DNA of 49,764 nt from a virus. Taxonomy: Duplodnaviria > Heunggongvirae > Uroviricota > Caudoviricetes. The notes beneath the pieces were generated by a model that saw nothing but the letters and a program-made list of their open reading frames with translations, did no database searches and was not told the DNA's origin. Each line of letters starts with the position of its first letter. Within the stretch, counting starts at the first letter, position 1. The DNA is taken from the IMG/VR virus record IMGVR_UViG_643348545_000011, one strand, 5' to 3'. Positions 1 through 9,464 of this stretch are shown piece after piece. A program made the translations under genes and the position numbers.

Positions 1-231
1 TTACCCGCTTAACCAGCAACCTGCCTCAGATTCACAAGTCACTTTTTGTATGGTATAAACCGGCGCTTTAATACAATTTACAGCCCTGGCATTTTCTGGC
101 GGAGAGTGCGAAACTCCCTTTTTTACGGCATTTCTGTCGGAACTCATATTTTTCCTGCATATCTGACACTTGCGTATTTTCATGGAAGGAGATCACCCAA
201 TAACCCCGATCTCCTTCATGTTAATACGCAG

Positions 232-3200
232 TCAGAATGAATAACGGAAGCCGGCGTTGACAGCATTATCAACGTTGTACTTACCAAAGGCTGATTTCTC
301 AAACTCCAGACCAAAACGGATGTTGTCACGGACCTCTGCGTTCAGCCCCACAGACATCAGCATACGGCCGTCTTTCTCGCCCTTGATACGCTTCTCTCCG
401 GATGCATCACGCAGTACCGTTTCTCCGTTCGCCAGCAGGTCAAACTGGTAGCCAAGACCGGCACGTGCCGTCACTTTCCAGTCCTTACCGGAGAACGATT
501 TACCCACATCCACACCGGTACGGCCAATCAGCGGATTGTAGTCCTTGTCCTTCATGGACAGGCTCATCCCCTGGTCCTTCCAGCTGAACTGTTTCCCGGA
601 GACAGCACCGTAAACAAGTTCCGCCTGTGGCTCAATCCAGGCATCCTCTGTGACATGATAGCGGTAACCCACTTCAGCACCGGCATACCAGGAATGAGAG
701 CCGTAGTCTTTTGTGCCGAGTCCGGCAAAGGTCGCCGTATACTCATTATCATGGTGAACATACTTACCAATCAGGTCGATATAGGCCCCGGAATCAAACA
801 GGGCTGAAGCATACAGACCCGCCCCCACTGACTTCGTTTTACCACTGAAGGTGTCGCTGCCGGCGTTGCTGTCGGTATATGTCATGGTCACCCCGGTGAA
901 GAGGTCCAGACCGTCCAGTTCGTGTTTTTTATCCGCACCCACCTGAACGTGTGTGTAGTTGTCACTGAAGCCACCACCGGCAGAGCCGGTTCCGCTCATG
1001 ATACGGGCCCATGCACCGGCCTCGCCGTTGATGTCCCGCAGGTCACCCATACGTTTGTTCAGGTTGTTGACCTCATTAATGAAGTTACGGTGCCCCATTG
1101 ACATCAGCATCCCGGCATCCCTGACCGCAGAGACATTAACCGTACTCCGGTATCCTGTCAGCAGCCACCGGGTCTCATCACGGTACTCACCTGATTCCCC
1201 CGTATTCTCTCCGGTCAGTACATCCGTCACTGACGCCTCCGGAGCCGGTGACGGAGCAGAAACCGGTGAAGGGAGCGGTGATACGGCTTCCACAGGATTC
1301 GGCGTCTTTGCATCCTGCCGCATCACCACCGGCAACGACGGCCTGCTCACCTCATCCACCACAGGCTCTGCGGCAGTTTCCGGCTGCACAACATTCAGCT
1401 GCCAGGCCGTGCCGCCCGTCCCCTGTTCAGCCCTGACAACAGGTGTGATATGACTGAAGCCGGTATCACGCGTTTTCACACTGAACACATCCGCGCCGGT
1501 ACCGGCCGGCGCTGTCACCAGAGGGATATTCAGCGCCTTCTGCCCGTCAGAACGCTCAGTAAAATCAACCAACAACAGATTATTCTTACCCCGCAGCGAT
1601 TCTGTCACCCGAAGCTGGTCTGAGTGGTGAAGGTCCGTCCGCATCACCAGAACACTGTCGCTGATATCCATACTGCCTGCCGTCAGGGTATGGAACTCCC
1701 CGCCCGGCCTGCTGAAATACAGAGCACTTCCCGATGACTCAAGATGCTTCACGGATGAGTTTCCCGTCATCATCCAGGTCGCATTCTGCAGATTCACATT
1801 ACCTGCACTCCCTCTGACATAACCCCGCAGGAGACCAGCTGCCCCCGTCATAAAATCATACTCACCGCTTCCGTTCAGCCCGCCACGCTCCTCTGACCAG
1901 GCCAGCAGACGTTCATACACATCATTCCTGACACTTCCCCCGTCAACCAGAAGGGTTCCTCCATCCAGTGTCACACCACCATCTGTCTCCAGTCCCCCCT
2001 TCACATGTAAACGCCCGCCGTCACTGACAGTAAGTGCAGAAGACGTCAGGCGGGAATCCCCTTCCAGACGCACATTCTCTGAGTTCACGACTATCCGGCT
2101 GTCCGATGCCGTTATACTGCCGGTAAAATGGTCGCGGACCGTCAGGGAAGAATGACGCATATTCACATTCCCGCGGAATGTACTGGTACCGGATGCACCG
2201 CCCGCAGCAGACGTCCCCTTAACCGGCGCACTGCTGCTCCCCGTGCCGTCCTTCATATCCAGATACAGCGAGTCACTTCCCAGCACCATGGTGGCATTAT
2301 CAGCATCAATATCTCCCGTCAGTGTCGCATTGCGGGAAAGGCTGAATGACGCTTCCTTCAGTTTCAGTTGCCCGATGCTGAACGTCCTGCTCTCCCAGTC
2401 CTTCTGGGTAAATGATACCGGCCGCGTCAGAACAGAATTATCACCCTGCTTTCGCAATGCAGCCGCAACCGCCTCACTGCTCACGGCATGAACAACCGGA
2501 TGCCCCTGGATATACAGTCCCCCGCCCTGCTGTGTAAAACTGCCGGACATATCCGCTCCGCCATCCATGATGAAATCCACCGCTGATGACGTGTTGTTCA
2601 GGACACTGAGGTTGCCGGTAAAATGACCATGCCACATCACGGCCTTCTGCCCTGACGGGCTGAAATCCAGACGAACTGTGGCAGAACCCGCCCGGCTTGT
2701 GAGTACTGCCCCCTCATCAGCCGCAGCCAGCCGGTGGAAGGTCATATCATTGCCGTTGATATCAAGCGTGCCTCCCCGGTATCCCCAGCGGATGCGGTCC
2801 CCCTCAATCTGATGACTGTCCTGCAGCACCACAACCGGCCGTCCGCTGACAATACGGACTTCACTGAATGCCCGGACCCTGCCTGCAGCATCAGCCTTCT
2901 GTGCCAGAATAACCGTTCCGTCCCCCGTATTCAGGGTGCCAGGATTTTCACCACTGCCGGCCACCACCAGTGTTCCCTTACCAGTTTTATGAAGTGCGTC
3001 TCCCGCAAGTCCGTTCACCATCCAGTCAACACGGTGCCCGTCGTTCACGATGATTCCCCCGCCCACCCAGGTCTGATTCCCTTCCGGTCTGACCGTATAA
3101 TCACCATTAAACGTGAGCGAACCCGCCCCCTGGACAACATCATCCTTCAGAACAACCGTGCCCTTACCCCCAAAGGTGATATCTTTCCCGTCATTCAGAC

Positions 3201-4257
3201 TCCCTCCCCTGAAGCCGTTCATCTTCCATACCTTCCCGTCCTGAGAAAGGGTTCCCTCTCCGCTTCCCTTACTGTAATTCCACACAATGTCACCACCGGC
3301 AACTGCCGGCACGACAGTGCCTGAACTGTCCTGCTTTATCGTGTTATTCACATCCCCTGCGGGAATCACCGTAAACCAGTTCGTCTTCCCTTTCTCACCG
3401 GCATAACCATTAAGTACAGCAACAAGGACCCACTGCTTCTTCACCGCATCCCAGGCAAAAAGCGGTGAGCCACTGTCTCCCGGTGTCCCGTAAGATGCCA
3501 GCGGACCATTGACACTCTGGTACAGATACCCCGGGTTTGACACCAGACTCCAGTCAGAAATGAGCGGACTTCCCACCGTCCCGCCCGTCTTCCAGGCGTA
3601 AGCACCCGCTATTCTGGTCAGCGCACCGGAAGCAGCTCCGGTGTACTGCGTTCCACTCCCCATACGATAAAACACCGGATAACGACTGCGGTTCTGGTAT
3701 ACCCCCTTGCCGGTTCCGGCATCCGTGACGCTCACCGGGGCAACTTCTGTCACCAGTTTGTTCAGCCGGGGAGTATGAAAATCACGCCAGTGCTCATTAC
3801 GGTCAACAAGGCGATATGTCGTATCATCCGCATAACCAAAACGCACCGTGTTGTAGCTGCCGTTATGCTTAACCCCCGCCACATACTGCGGAGAAATCAG
3901 TGTTGCCACCCCCAGTATCTGGTCCACAACACTGAAATCCATCATCGGCGCCTTGTCCAGCCGCCCACCGACAGCCCCGTTCCTGCCATAAAGCGGAATA
4001 TTTGTGGCACCGGCATGAAACGCGCCCTTGTTCTCAGCAAAATCCCTGTAGGTCTGCCAGGGGAGGGTATTCCCGACAACGGATGCCAGCGACGGATAAG
4101 AAAACAGAACACCGGCAACGGCACCAGAGGCCAGAAGAAGACGGGAAAGCATCCCCGCACCGGGAATGCCGGACGACTTTTTCCTGCCGCCCGCCGTTTC
4201 CGCTACCGCAACCAGTTCTTTTCTGTCATTCATTCTGAGAGAATATATTCTGTTCAT
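232..4257 (-). CDS. Serine-protease autotransporter (S6/SPATE-like passenger plus C-terminal beta-barrel); possibly the prophage-associated EaaA/EaaC type
   Basis: 1341-aa ORF; N-terminus MNRIYSLR... followed by hydrophobic signal segment; chymotrypsin-type catalytic motif GDSGSPLF; Pro/Ser-rich linker (PLPSPVSAPSPAPE); C-terminus ...NAGFRYSF typical of an autotransporter barrel. Confidence 0.85.
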   Translation of the reverse strand: MNRIYSLRMNDRKELVAVAETAGGRKKSSGIPGAGMLSRLLLASGAVAGVLFSYPSLASVVGNTLPWQTYRDFAENKGAFHAGATNIPLYGRNGAVGGRLDKAPMMDFSVVDQILGVATLISPQYVAGVKHNGSYNTVRFGYADDTTYRLVDRNEHWRDFHTPRLNKLVTEVAPVSVTDAGTGKGVYQNRSRYPVFYRMGSGTQYTGAASGALTRIAGAYAWKTGGTVGSPLISDWSLVSNPGYLYQSVNGPLASYGTPGDSGSPLFAWDAVKKQWVLVAVLNGYAGEKGKTNWFTVIPAGDVNNTIKQDSSGTVVPAVAGGDIVWNYSKGSGEGTLSQDGKVWKMNGFRGGSLNDGKDITFGGKGTVVLKDDVVQGAGSLTFNGDYTVRPEGNQTWVGGGIIVNDGHRVDWMVNGLAGDALHKTGKGTLVVAGSGENPGTLNTGDGTVILAQKADAAGRVRAFSEVRIVSGRPVVVLQDSHQIEGDRIRWGYRGGTLDINGNDMTFHRLAAADEGAVLTSRAGSATVRLDFSPSGQKAVMWHGHFTGNLSVLNNTSSAVDFIMDGGADMSGSFTQQGGGLYIQGHPVVHAVSSEAVAAALRKQGDNSVLTRPVSFTQKDWESRTFSIGQLKLKEASFSLSRNATLTGDIDADNATMVLGSDSLYLDMKDGTGSSSAPVKGTSAAGGASGTSTFRGNVNMRHSSLTVRDHFTGSITASDSRIVVNSENVRLEGDSRLTSSALTVSDGGRLHVKGGLETDGGVTLDGGTLLVDGGSVRNDVYERLLAWSEERGGLNGSGEYDFMTGAAGLLRGYVRGSAGNVNLQNATWMMTGNSSVKHLESSGSALYFSRPGGEFHTLTAGSMDISDSVLVMRTDLHHSDQLRVTESLRGKNNLLLVDFTERSDGQKALNIPLVTAPAGTGADVFSVKTRDTGFSHITPVVRAEQGTGGTAWQLNVVQPETAAEPVVDEVSRPSLPVVMRQDAKTPNPVEAVSPLPSPVSAPSPAPEASVTDVLTGENTGESGEYRDETRWLLTGYRSTVNVSAVRDAGMLMSMGHRNFINEVNNLNKRMGDLRDINGEAGAWARIMSGTGSAGGGFSDNYTHVQVGADKKHELDGLDLFTGVTMTYTDSNAGSDTFSGKTKSVGAGLYASALFDSGAYIDLIGKYVHHDNEYTATFAGLGTKDYGSHSWYAGAEVGYRYHVTEDAWIEPQAELVYGAVSGKQFSWKDQGMSLSMKDKDYNPLIGRTGVDVGKSFSGKDWKVTARAGLGYQFDLLANGETVLRDASGEKRIKGEKDGRMLMSVGLNAEVRDNIRFGLEFEKSAFGKYNVDNAVNAGFRYSF

Positions 4258-4530
4258 TCCCCGGTTTCCCTGTCTTTTCCCGGACAGCAGTCAACAGTGA
4301 CGCCTGCCCGGATATCTGTTAACGAATCTGACGAATACTGCCGCCAGATTACTGAAGCAACACAGCTGCCGCGGTAAAAAGAGCCACCACCCCACCCAGC
4401 CACACAAACAACATGAAACACATTGCGCCTGTGGTGTAACGCTTTCTCCCGTATCTCCGGTCTCTGTCTTTGTTCATCATCTGCACCTTCTGAATCATCA
4501 GAAGATGCCGCGCATCCGGCAGGACCGCCA

Positions 4531-5001
4531 TCAGGCACCAACAAGCCGTCTGACACTCACACCATACAGCCCGTTTTTCGCCATTCCCGTATACAGAAAG
4601 GTATTCACCGTCTTTGTGTTAATACCCATTTCACTGGCAAGGCGACAGGGTCTCGACTGGCGGTAGACATAACCGAACATCACCACCATCTCTGACATCG
4701 TCAGCGGGCGGGCAGCACTGTTATACGTCCAGACGCCGTTGTGTATGGCATCACTTATCTGCTCACCATCACGAAGCAACTCCGCATCCAGTTGCAGAAA
4801 ATGACGCCCCTGGAACATACACCGCATCAGCCTGCCCAGCAGGCCATCACTGATTATCAGCCAGGATTCGTCAAAGTCCGGGATATAACGGCGGTTCTCC
4901 GGCAGGAAAAACTCCCTCGCCAGTATCACACTGTGTTCCTTCAGCAACTGTTGCAGTCCATATTCCAGGTAGCGGTTCCTTGTGGCCAGAATTACCTTCA
5001 T
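4531..5001 (-). CDS. Putative LuxR/FixJ-type HTH transcriptional regulator
   Basis: 156-aa ORF; C-terminal segment RLASEMGINTKTVNTFLY resembles a LuxR-type helix-turn-helix; sits between the two autotransporter genes. Confidence 0.5.
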   Translation of the reverse strand: MKVILATRNRYLEYGLQQLLKEHSVILAREFFLPENRRYIPDFDESWLIISDGLLGRLMRCMFQGRHFLQLDAELLRDGEQISDAIHNGVWTYNSAARPLTMSEMVVMFGYVYRQSRPCRLASEMGINTKTVNTFLYTGMAKNGLYGVSVRRLVGA

Positions 5002-5088
5002 CGCAGCACCTTCCTGTTTTTATGCCCCATGAAAAACGGCAGACCAGAGTCCTGCGCCTGCCGTCATACTTCATGTCACCTTCAGCAA

Positions 5089-6642
5089 TTAAAACTCGAA
5101 GTTCACACCAACGTTCCAGGAGGCATCGCCATCACTGAATGCCACGCCTGCTTTCGCTGCGGTCTGCTCGTTGAAGCGGTAACCCACACCCACCGCCAGT
5201 GCCTGCTGGTCGCTGTAACCACCAACCGCTGCCGTGGCGTTGAATTTACCCACACTGTACGGCTGGAACAGACCTGTCAGGGCCGCAGACTGTGCTGCTG
5301 CTCGTTTCATTTCCTTATGGTTTTCATTAATCTGGCGCTGCTGGCTGTCCAGACGTGCTGAATGTTGCTGCAGCGTACGGGTATTGGCTGCAATCGCCTT
5401 GCTGTTTTTCTCAATGGATTGCGTGTTACGGGTGACACGGCCATCAATGGCACCAACTGCTGCATCAATACGGTCAGTACGACCAGACAGGGCCACCAGA
5501 CCATCGTTAACAGAAATGGTGTTCTTTGCACCTTCTGCACGGGTCAGGGTGCCATCAGAACTCACACCAACCAGTGTGCGGGATTCGACTTTTTCGTTAA
5601 CCTCACTGGTCTTCTGGTCTGTGTATTTTTTCTGCTTCTCTGACTCAACAGTTATACGGGCTTTAACATCATCATAAACTCCACCAACTTTCCGGTTTAA
5701 CTGCCCAACAGTTGCCGCATCACTGTTACGCGTACCATCGCTTAAGCCACCAAGAACACGGGTGCCGTATGTTTTATCGCTTTCGGTTCCGGTTTTATAG
5801 CCAATATAAACTTCGTTATCACGAGTGGTTACAGAATTAGCACCTAATGCAACACTGTTTTTATTTGTTACTGTTGCCTTTGCCCCTAACGCAGTACCTT
5901 CTGTTGCATCTTTATCAACTTTGGCTCGGTTACCTGCTGCCGTGCCATATGTAGCCGTGTAATCAACAAATGCAACGCTTCCCAGGGCTGTAGATGCATT
6001 TGCATAAGCATATGTTCCCACTCCCAGAGCTGTACTTTGTTTACCGTCCGCAGCAGCCCATGAGCCCACTGCTGTTGACGCTTTTTCTGTAGCCCTAGCA
6101 TCGTTACCAACAGCAACGGTGTATTGTTCGCTGGCTACAGCACCTTTACCCAGCGCAGGTTTAAGCGCAACTGTACGGGCTGCTTCAGATGCTGCGTCAA
6201 TATATCCTTTCACCGGGGCGTTAGCCTTGCTGTTCTTATTGACGTCCTTGTTATATGGGCCAGTGTTTTTCTTAGCAAGAATGTTTTTCTCATCAAGAAT
6301 GTACTTAACCATCGTTGACACATCGCCCGCTTTAACTTTGGTGCGTTCCCCGTTATATCCGGTTACGTAAACAGAGCCGTCTTTTTCTATATCTGTAAGT
6401 CCGGGGATGGCGACTTCTTTTTTATTATTATCGATTTTCACAAGTCGAAATGTCGCACTATGTCCACCGTCATTTCTGGACAAGCGATATTGTGTGCCAT
6501 CCGACTGCTTACCAAATGTATAATATTCTTCTGTTGATTCTGCTTTCGTTGATACTGCTTTCGCTTGCGCCGATGCATTACCCGCCAGAAACAATCCCGC
6601 CACTGCGGCAGAAAGAATTGTTTTAGTGAATTTTTTGTTCAT
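5089..6642 (-). CDS. Trimeric autotransporter adhesin, Eib-like (immunoglobulin-binding family) with YadA-type anchor
   Basis: 517-aa ORF; signal peptide MNKKFTKTILSAAVAGLFLAGNASA; long Ala/Thr-rich stalk; C-terminal YadA-like anchor ending ...SWNVGVNFEF; lies immediately beyond the prophage tail fibre genes, as eib genes are known to do. Confidence 0.8.
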   Translation of the reverse strand: MNKKFTKTILSAAVAGLFLAGNASAQAKAVSTKAESTEEYYTFGKQSDGTQYRLSRNDGGHSATFRLVKIDNNKKEVAIPGLTDIEKDGSVYVTGYNGERTKVKAGDVSTMVKYILDEKNILAKKNTGPYNKDVNKNSKANAPVKGYIDAASEAARTVALKPALGKGAVASEQYTVAVGNDARATEKASTAVGSWAAADGKQSTALGVGTYAYANASTALGSVAFVDYTATYGTAAGNRAKVDKDATEGTALGAKATVTNKNSVALGANSVTTRDNEVYIGYKTGTESDKTYGTRVLGGLSDGTRNSDAATVGQLNRKVGGVYDDVKARITVESEKQKKYTDQKTSEVNEKVESRTLVGVSSDGTLTRAEGAKNTISVNDGLVALSGRTDRIDAAVGAIDGRVTRNTQSIEKNSKAIAANTRTLQQHSARLDSQQRQINENHKEMKRAAAQSAALTGLFQPYSVGKFNATAAVGGYSDQQALAVGVGYRFNEQTAAKAGVAFSDGDASWNVGVNFEF

Positions 6643-7092
6643 CTGATATATCCTGTAATTTCTTTGTATACAAAAAAAGCAACCCTCTCAGACGCACTTC
6701 AGATACACTAAAGAAAATCTGATAACTGGCTGCTTCCTGCCAGCTTATTCCAGGATTATTCGCAAAAATTAATATAAACTTTTTAGGAATTATCGTACTG
6801 TACAGTCGGTGATATCCGTCATCCCCGCCATTATTCACGCTCCACACCGCATGCTGTCGTTTCGCTTATTTCCCTCACGCACTTATGACACAGTTCCTTA
6901 CGCTTAATAATGTGACAAGCACCACATTCTGATTTTTTGTCGATACATTAATAATATTAATCGTTTTCTGACATACCGCTGCCATCCGCGTTCCGGAGCG
7001 TGTGACAGGCATCACTGAATATGCCTGGCGGTTATTGCAGAATCTGTTTCACAATAAAAAAACGATTGCTGTAATCCTCTATTGACGAAAGA

Positions 7093-7120
7093 GGGGGTGA
7101 GGCATCACCCCCGTTTTTTT
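7093..7120. terminator. Intrinsic terminator hairpin (bidirectional) between tfa and the Eib-like gene
   Basis: GGGGGTGA-ggca-TCACCCCC followed by T7 on the + strand and a U-rich stretch on the - strand; immediately 3' of the tfa stop. Confidence 0.6.
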
Positions 7121-7122
7121 AT

Positions 7123-7698
7123 TTACGACTCCTGACCCACCTTATACGCCAGAATCTCATCCGCACTGTTCAGCGCTTCCAGTGCCTTCTTCATGTTCCG
7201 CTGCCGTACGTGAATTTCCATCCCTTTGGTGAACATCGCCTTCTCCGCCGCCTCACTGAGTGCCATCAGCGCCTCTGCCGTCATCGGGACGTCGTTATTC
7301 TCCGCATCCGTCCAGAAAAAACCCTCCGGCAGTATTCCTGCTTTCGCGGCAGCCACTGACGGCTCAAGACGCGCCTGTGTCTGTTTGCCGTAGTCCCATT
7401 TACGCCCATTGTGCTCAAACGTGTAGTTCGCCGCTTCCATCGCATTACGCCAGGCGTTGATCCCGGCTGTTTTGAGTTCTCTGGCTTTTTCCGGGCTGAT
7501 GGATGGCTGTACATATTCTGCAATTTCACCGGCCTCTCCTCTCAGACAAGCGGCATAAATATCCCGCCCGTATGCTTCGGTATCGCTGGCTGTTGCAGTG
7601 AAAGGAACCGCCTGCTCAATGTGCTCAAACTTCACCATGCAATTGACAGCAGTGTGCTCTTTATCTGCCCATTGCGGATTGCTTATTTTTTTCCACAT
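7123..7698 (-). CDS. tfa: Tail fibre assembly protein (Tfa)
   Basis: 191-aa ORF directly downstream of the side tail fibre gene; sequence character typical of lambdoid Tfa chaperones. Confidence 0.8.
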   Translation of the reverse strand: MWKKISNPQWADKEHTAVNCMVKFEHIEQAVPFTATASDTEAYGRDIYAACLRGEAGEIAEYVQPSISPEKARELKTAGINAWRNAMEAANYTFEHNGRKWDYGKQTQARLEPSVAAAKAGILPEGFFWTDAENNDVPMTAEALMALSEAAEKAMFTKGMEIHVRQRNMKKALEALNSADEILAYKVGQES

Positions 7699-7717
7699 TC
7701 ATGTCATCTCCTGTCTG

Positions 7718-9280
7718 TCAGTATGCGCGCTGGAACAGCCCGATGCTTTCATTATCATTTGTCGACGTAATTTCATTACACACCATCCATGAGCCCGGAA
7801 CTGAGGATAGTATGCCGTCAATGCCATCGGTGTTAGCTTTCATATAGTTTCCGTTTTCGTCTTTGATTAGGGCGCATCGCTTAAGGCGTGAACCCGATAC
7901 AGTTTCTCCTGGCTGATAGGTTCTGCCGATGTCGGTTATATACGGGCCTAGTGCGGCAATAATGTATGTTCCGATGCTGTAAATTTCCCCGGGTACCAGC
8001 CTTCCGGTTGGCCCTTGTGGTCCCTGTGGTCCGGTTTCACCTGTCGGTCCCTGTGGACCTGTCGGGCCCTGTCTTCCTGTTTCTCCCTGCAAACCTCGTG
8101 GCCCCGTTTTACCCGCAGGACCTGCCGGACCAACCGGCCCCGGAACACCCTGTGCCCCCGCTGGTCCCCTTTCACCTCGTGGCCCTGCCGGACCTGCCTT
8201 ACCTTCCGCTCCGGCGGTACCATCCTTTCCTGCGGGGCCTGCCGGGCCTGCATCACCTTTGGGACCAGCTGCACCAGCCGGTCCCCGTGGGCCTGCGGGC
8301 CCCACTGCACCAGGTGCGCCAGGTTCCCCCCTGTCCCCCTTCGGTCCGGGGACTGCTGCCCGGGTTGCTGCCTCTTCTGCCTTCGTTTTTGCTGCCTGCA
8401 CTTCTGCCATTACCGCTTTCACAGCCTTTGGGGTTGCCGCTTTTGTTTCATCATCGCTGTTGGTATCGCTGCTCAGCTGTACAACACCTTTCTGTGATGT
8501 GCTGGCATCCGGAACACTGGCGACACTGCCTGCGGGACCCGCAGGACCTGCGGGGCCGGTTTCTCCCCGAGGGCCTGCGGGACCTGCCGGACCTGTTGCG
8601 CCGGGTTCACCTTTATCCCCTTTCGGGCCGGTTTGCCCTGCCGGACCCTGTGGTCCGGGTGGTCCGGCCTCTCCACGTGGGCCGGTGTCACCTTTCGGCC
8701 CCGGCGGTCCGCCCGGGTCACCTTTATCGCCCTTCGGTCCCTGTGGACCTGTTTCTCCCCGTTCTCCCTTTGGCCCCGGCTCACCTTTTGGTCCGACCGC
8801 CCCCGTTGCCCCGGCTGGTCCCTGTGCCCCTGTGGCACCCTGTGGACCTGTGTCCCCCTTCTCGCCCGCCGGTCCCCGGGCATTCTCTGCCCGTTTCTTC
8901 GCTTCCTCTGCACTCGCCGCCGACGCTTCAGCACGCTTCAGGATTTCCGCTGCCACCGCTTCCAGCTCTGCAAGCGCTTTCGGGTAATACTGCGCCTCAT
9001 CCTGTTCCATCAGAAATTTATTCAGCGTTCCCGGCTCAGAATCCGCCTTCACCAGAATGTCACCCACATACGACGGAGCGTACCCTTCCGTGTTCAGCGT
9101 CACCCGGTACCACCCCGGCTCCACATCAAAACTGTAACTGCCGGTTTCCCCCGGCTGCCCCTGCGCCACCGTGGTGACTATCACTGTCTCTGTGGTGCGT
9201 CGCGCTTTCAGCTCTATGGTGCATCCCGGCACCGGCTTCCCGGTGCCGTCCTTCAGCACGCCCGATATTCTGACTGTCAT
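7718..9280 (-). CDS. stf: Side tail fibre protein (lambda Stf-like) with collagen-like Gly-X-Y repeats
   Basis: 520-aa ORF; N-terminus [17 protein letters not shown]... resembles lambda Stf; two long G-X-Y repeat blocks separated by the conserved fibre motif [26 protein letters not shown]; distinct C-terminal tip. Confidence 0.85.
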   Translation of the reverse strand: MTVRISGVLKDGTGKPVPGCTIELKARRTTETVIVTTVAQGQPGETGSYSFDVEPGWYRVTLNTEGYAPSYVGDILVKADSEPGTLNKFLMEQDEAQYYPKALAELEAVAAEILKRAEASAASAEEAKKRAENARGPAGEKGDTGPQGATGAQGPAGATGAVGPKGEPGPKGERGETGPQGPKGDKGDPGGPPGPKGDTGPRGEAGPPGPQGPAGQTGPKGDKGEPGATGPAGPAGPRGETGPAGPAGPAGSVASVPDASTSQKGVVQLSSDTNSDDETKAATPKAVKAVMAEVQAAKTKAEEAATRAAVPGPKGDRGEPGAPGAVGPAGPRGPAGAAGPKGDAGPAGPAGKDGTAGAEGKAGPAGPRGERGPAGAQGVPGPVGPAGPAGKTGPRGLQGETGRQGPTGPQGPTGETGPQGPQGPTGRLVPGEIYSIGTYIIAALGPYITDIGRTYQPGETVSGSRLKRCALIKDENGNYMKANTDGIDGILSSVPGSWMVCNEITSTNDNESIGLFQRAY

Positions 9281-9464
9281 AGATTTCTCCCATAAAAAAA
9301 ACCGCAGTACCGGTTACCCGGTCTGCGATCAGGGGTATAAATTGTGACTGGCTGGTGTTAAAGGGTGCCGTCAGTCAAAGGCACCCGTGGATAATGTACG
9401 ATGTCCGGCTTTTGTCGTTTTCCGGCAATCACGAACAGATGGATGAAACCTCACTATCCACCTG

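Noticed and set aside
959-4377. ORFs antisense or out of frame within the autotransporter gene (959-1453, 2128-2349, 2734-3324, 3775-4377 and others)
   Set aside because: Fully nested within a well-supported 1341-aa coding frame; low-complexity translations; no RBS or context support.
7948-9295. Cluster of long ORFs on the + strand and in alternative - frames (7948-8310, 7966-9177, 8015-8497, 8259-8987, 8473-8934, 8633-9295), Pro/Arg/Gly-rich
   Set aside because: They overlap the collagen-like Gly-X-Y repeat region of the side tail fibre gene; GC-rich triplet repeats give stop-free alternative frames. Low-complexity translations with no independent gene context.
9401-9409. Extra copy of the CCGGACAT cosB-like motif downstream of J
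   Set aside because: A single 8-mer match; plausible by chance in 50 kb.
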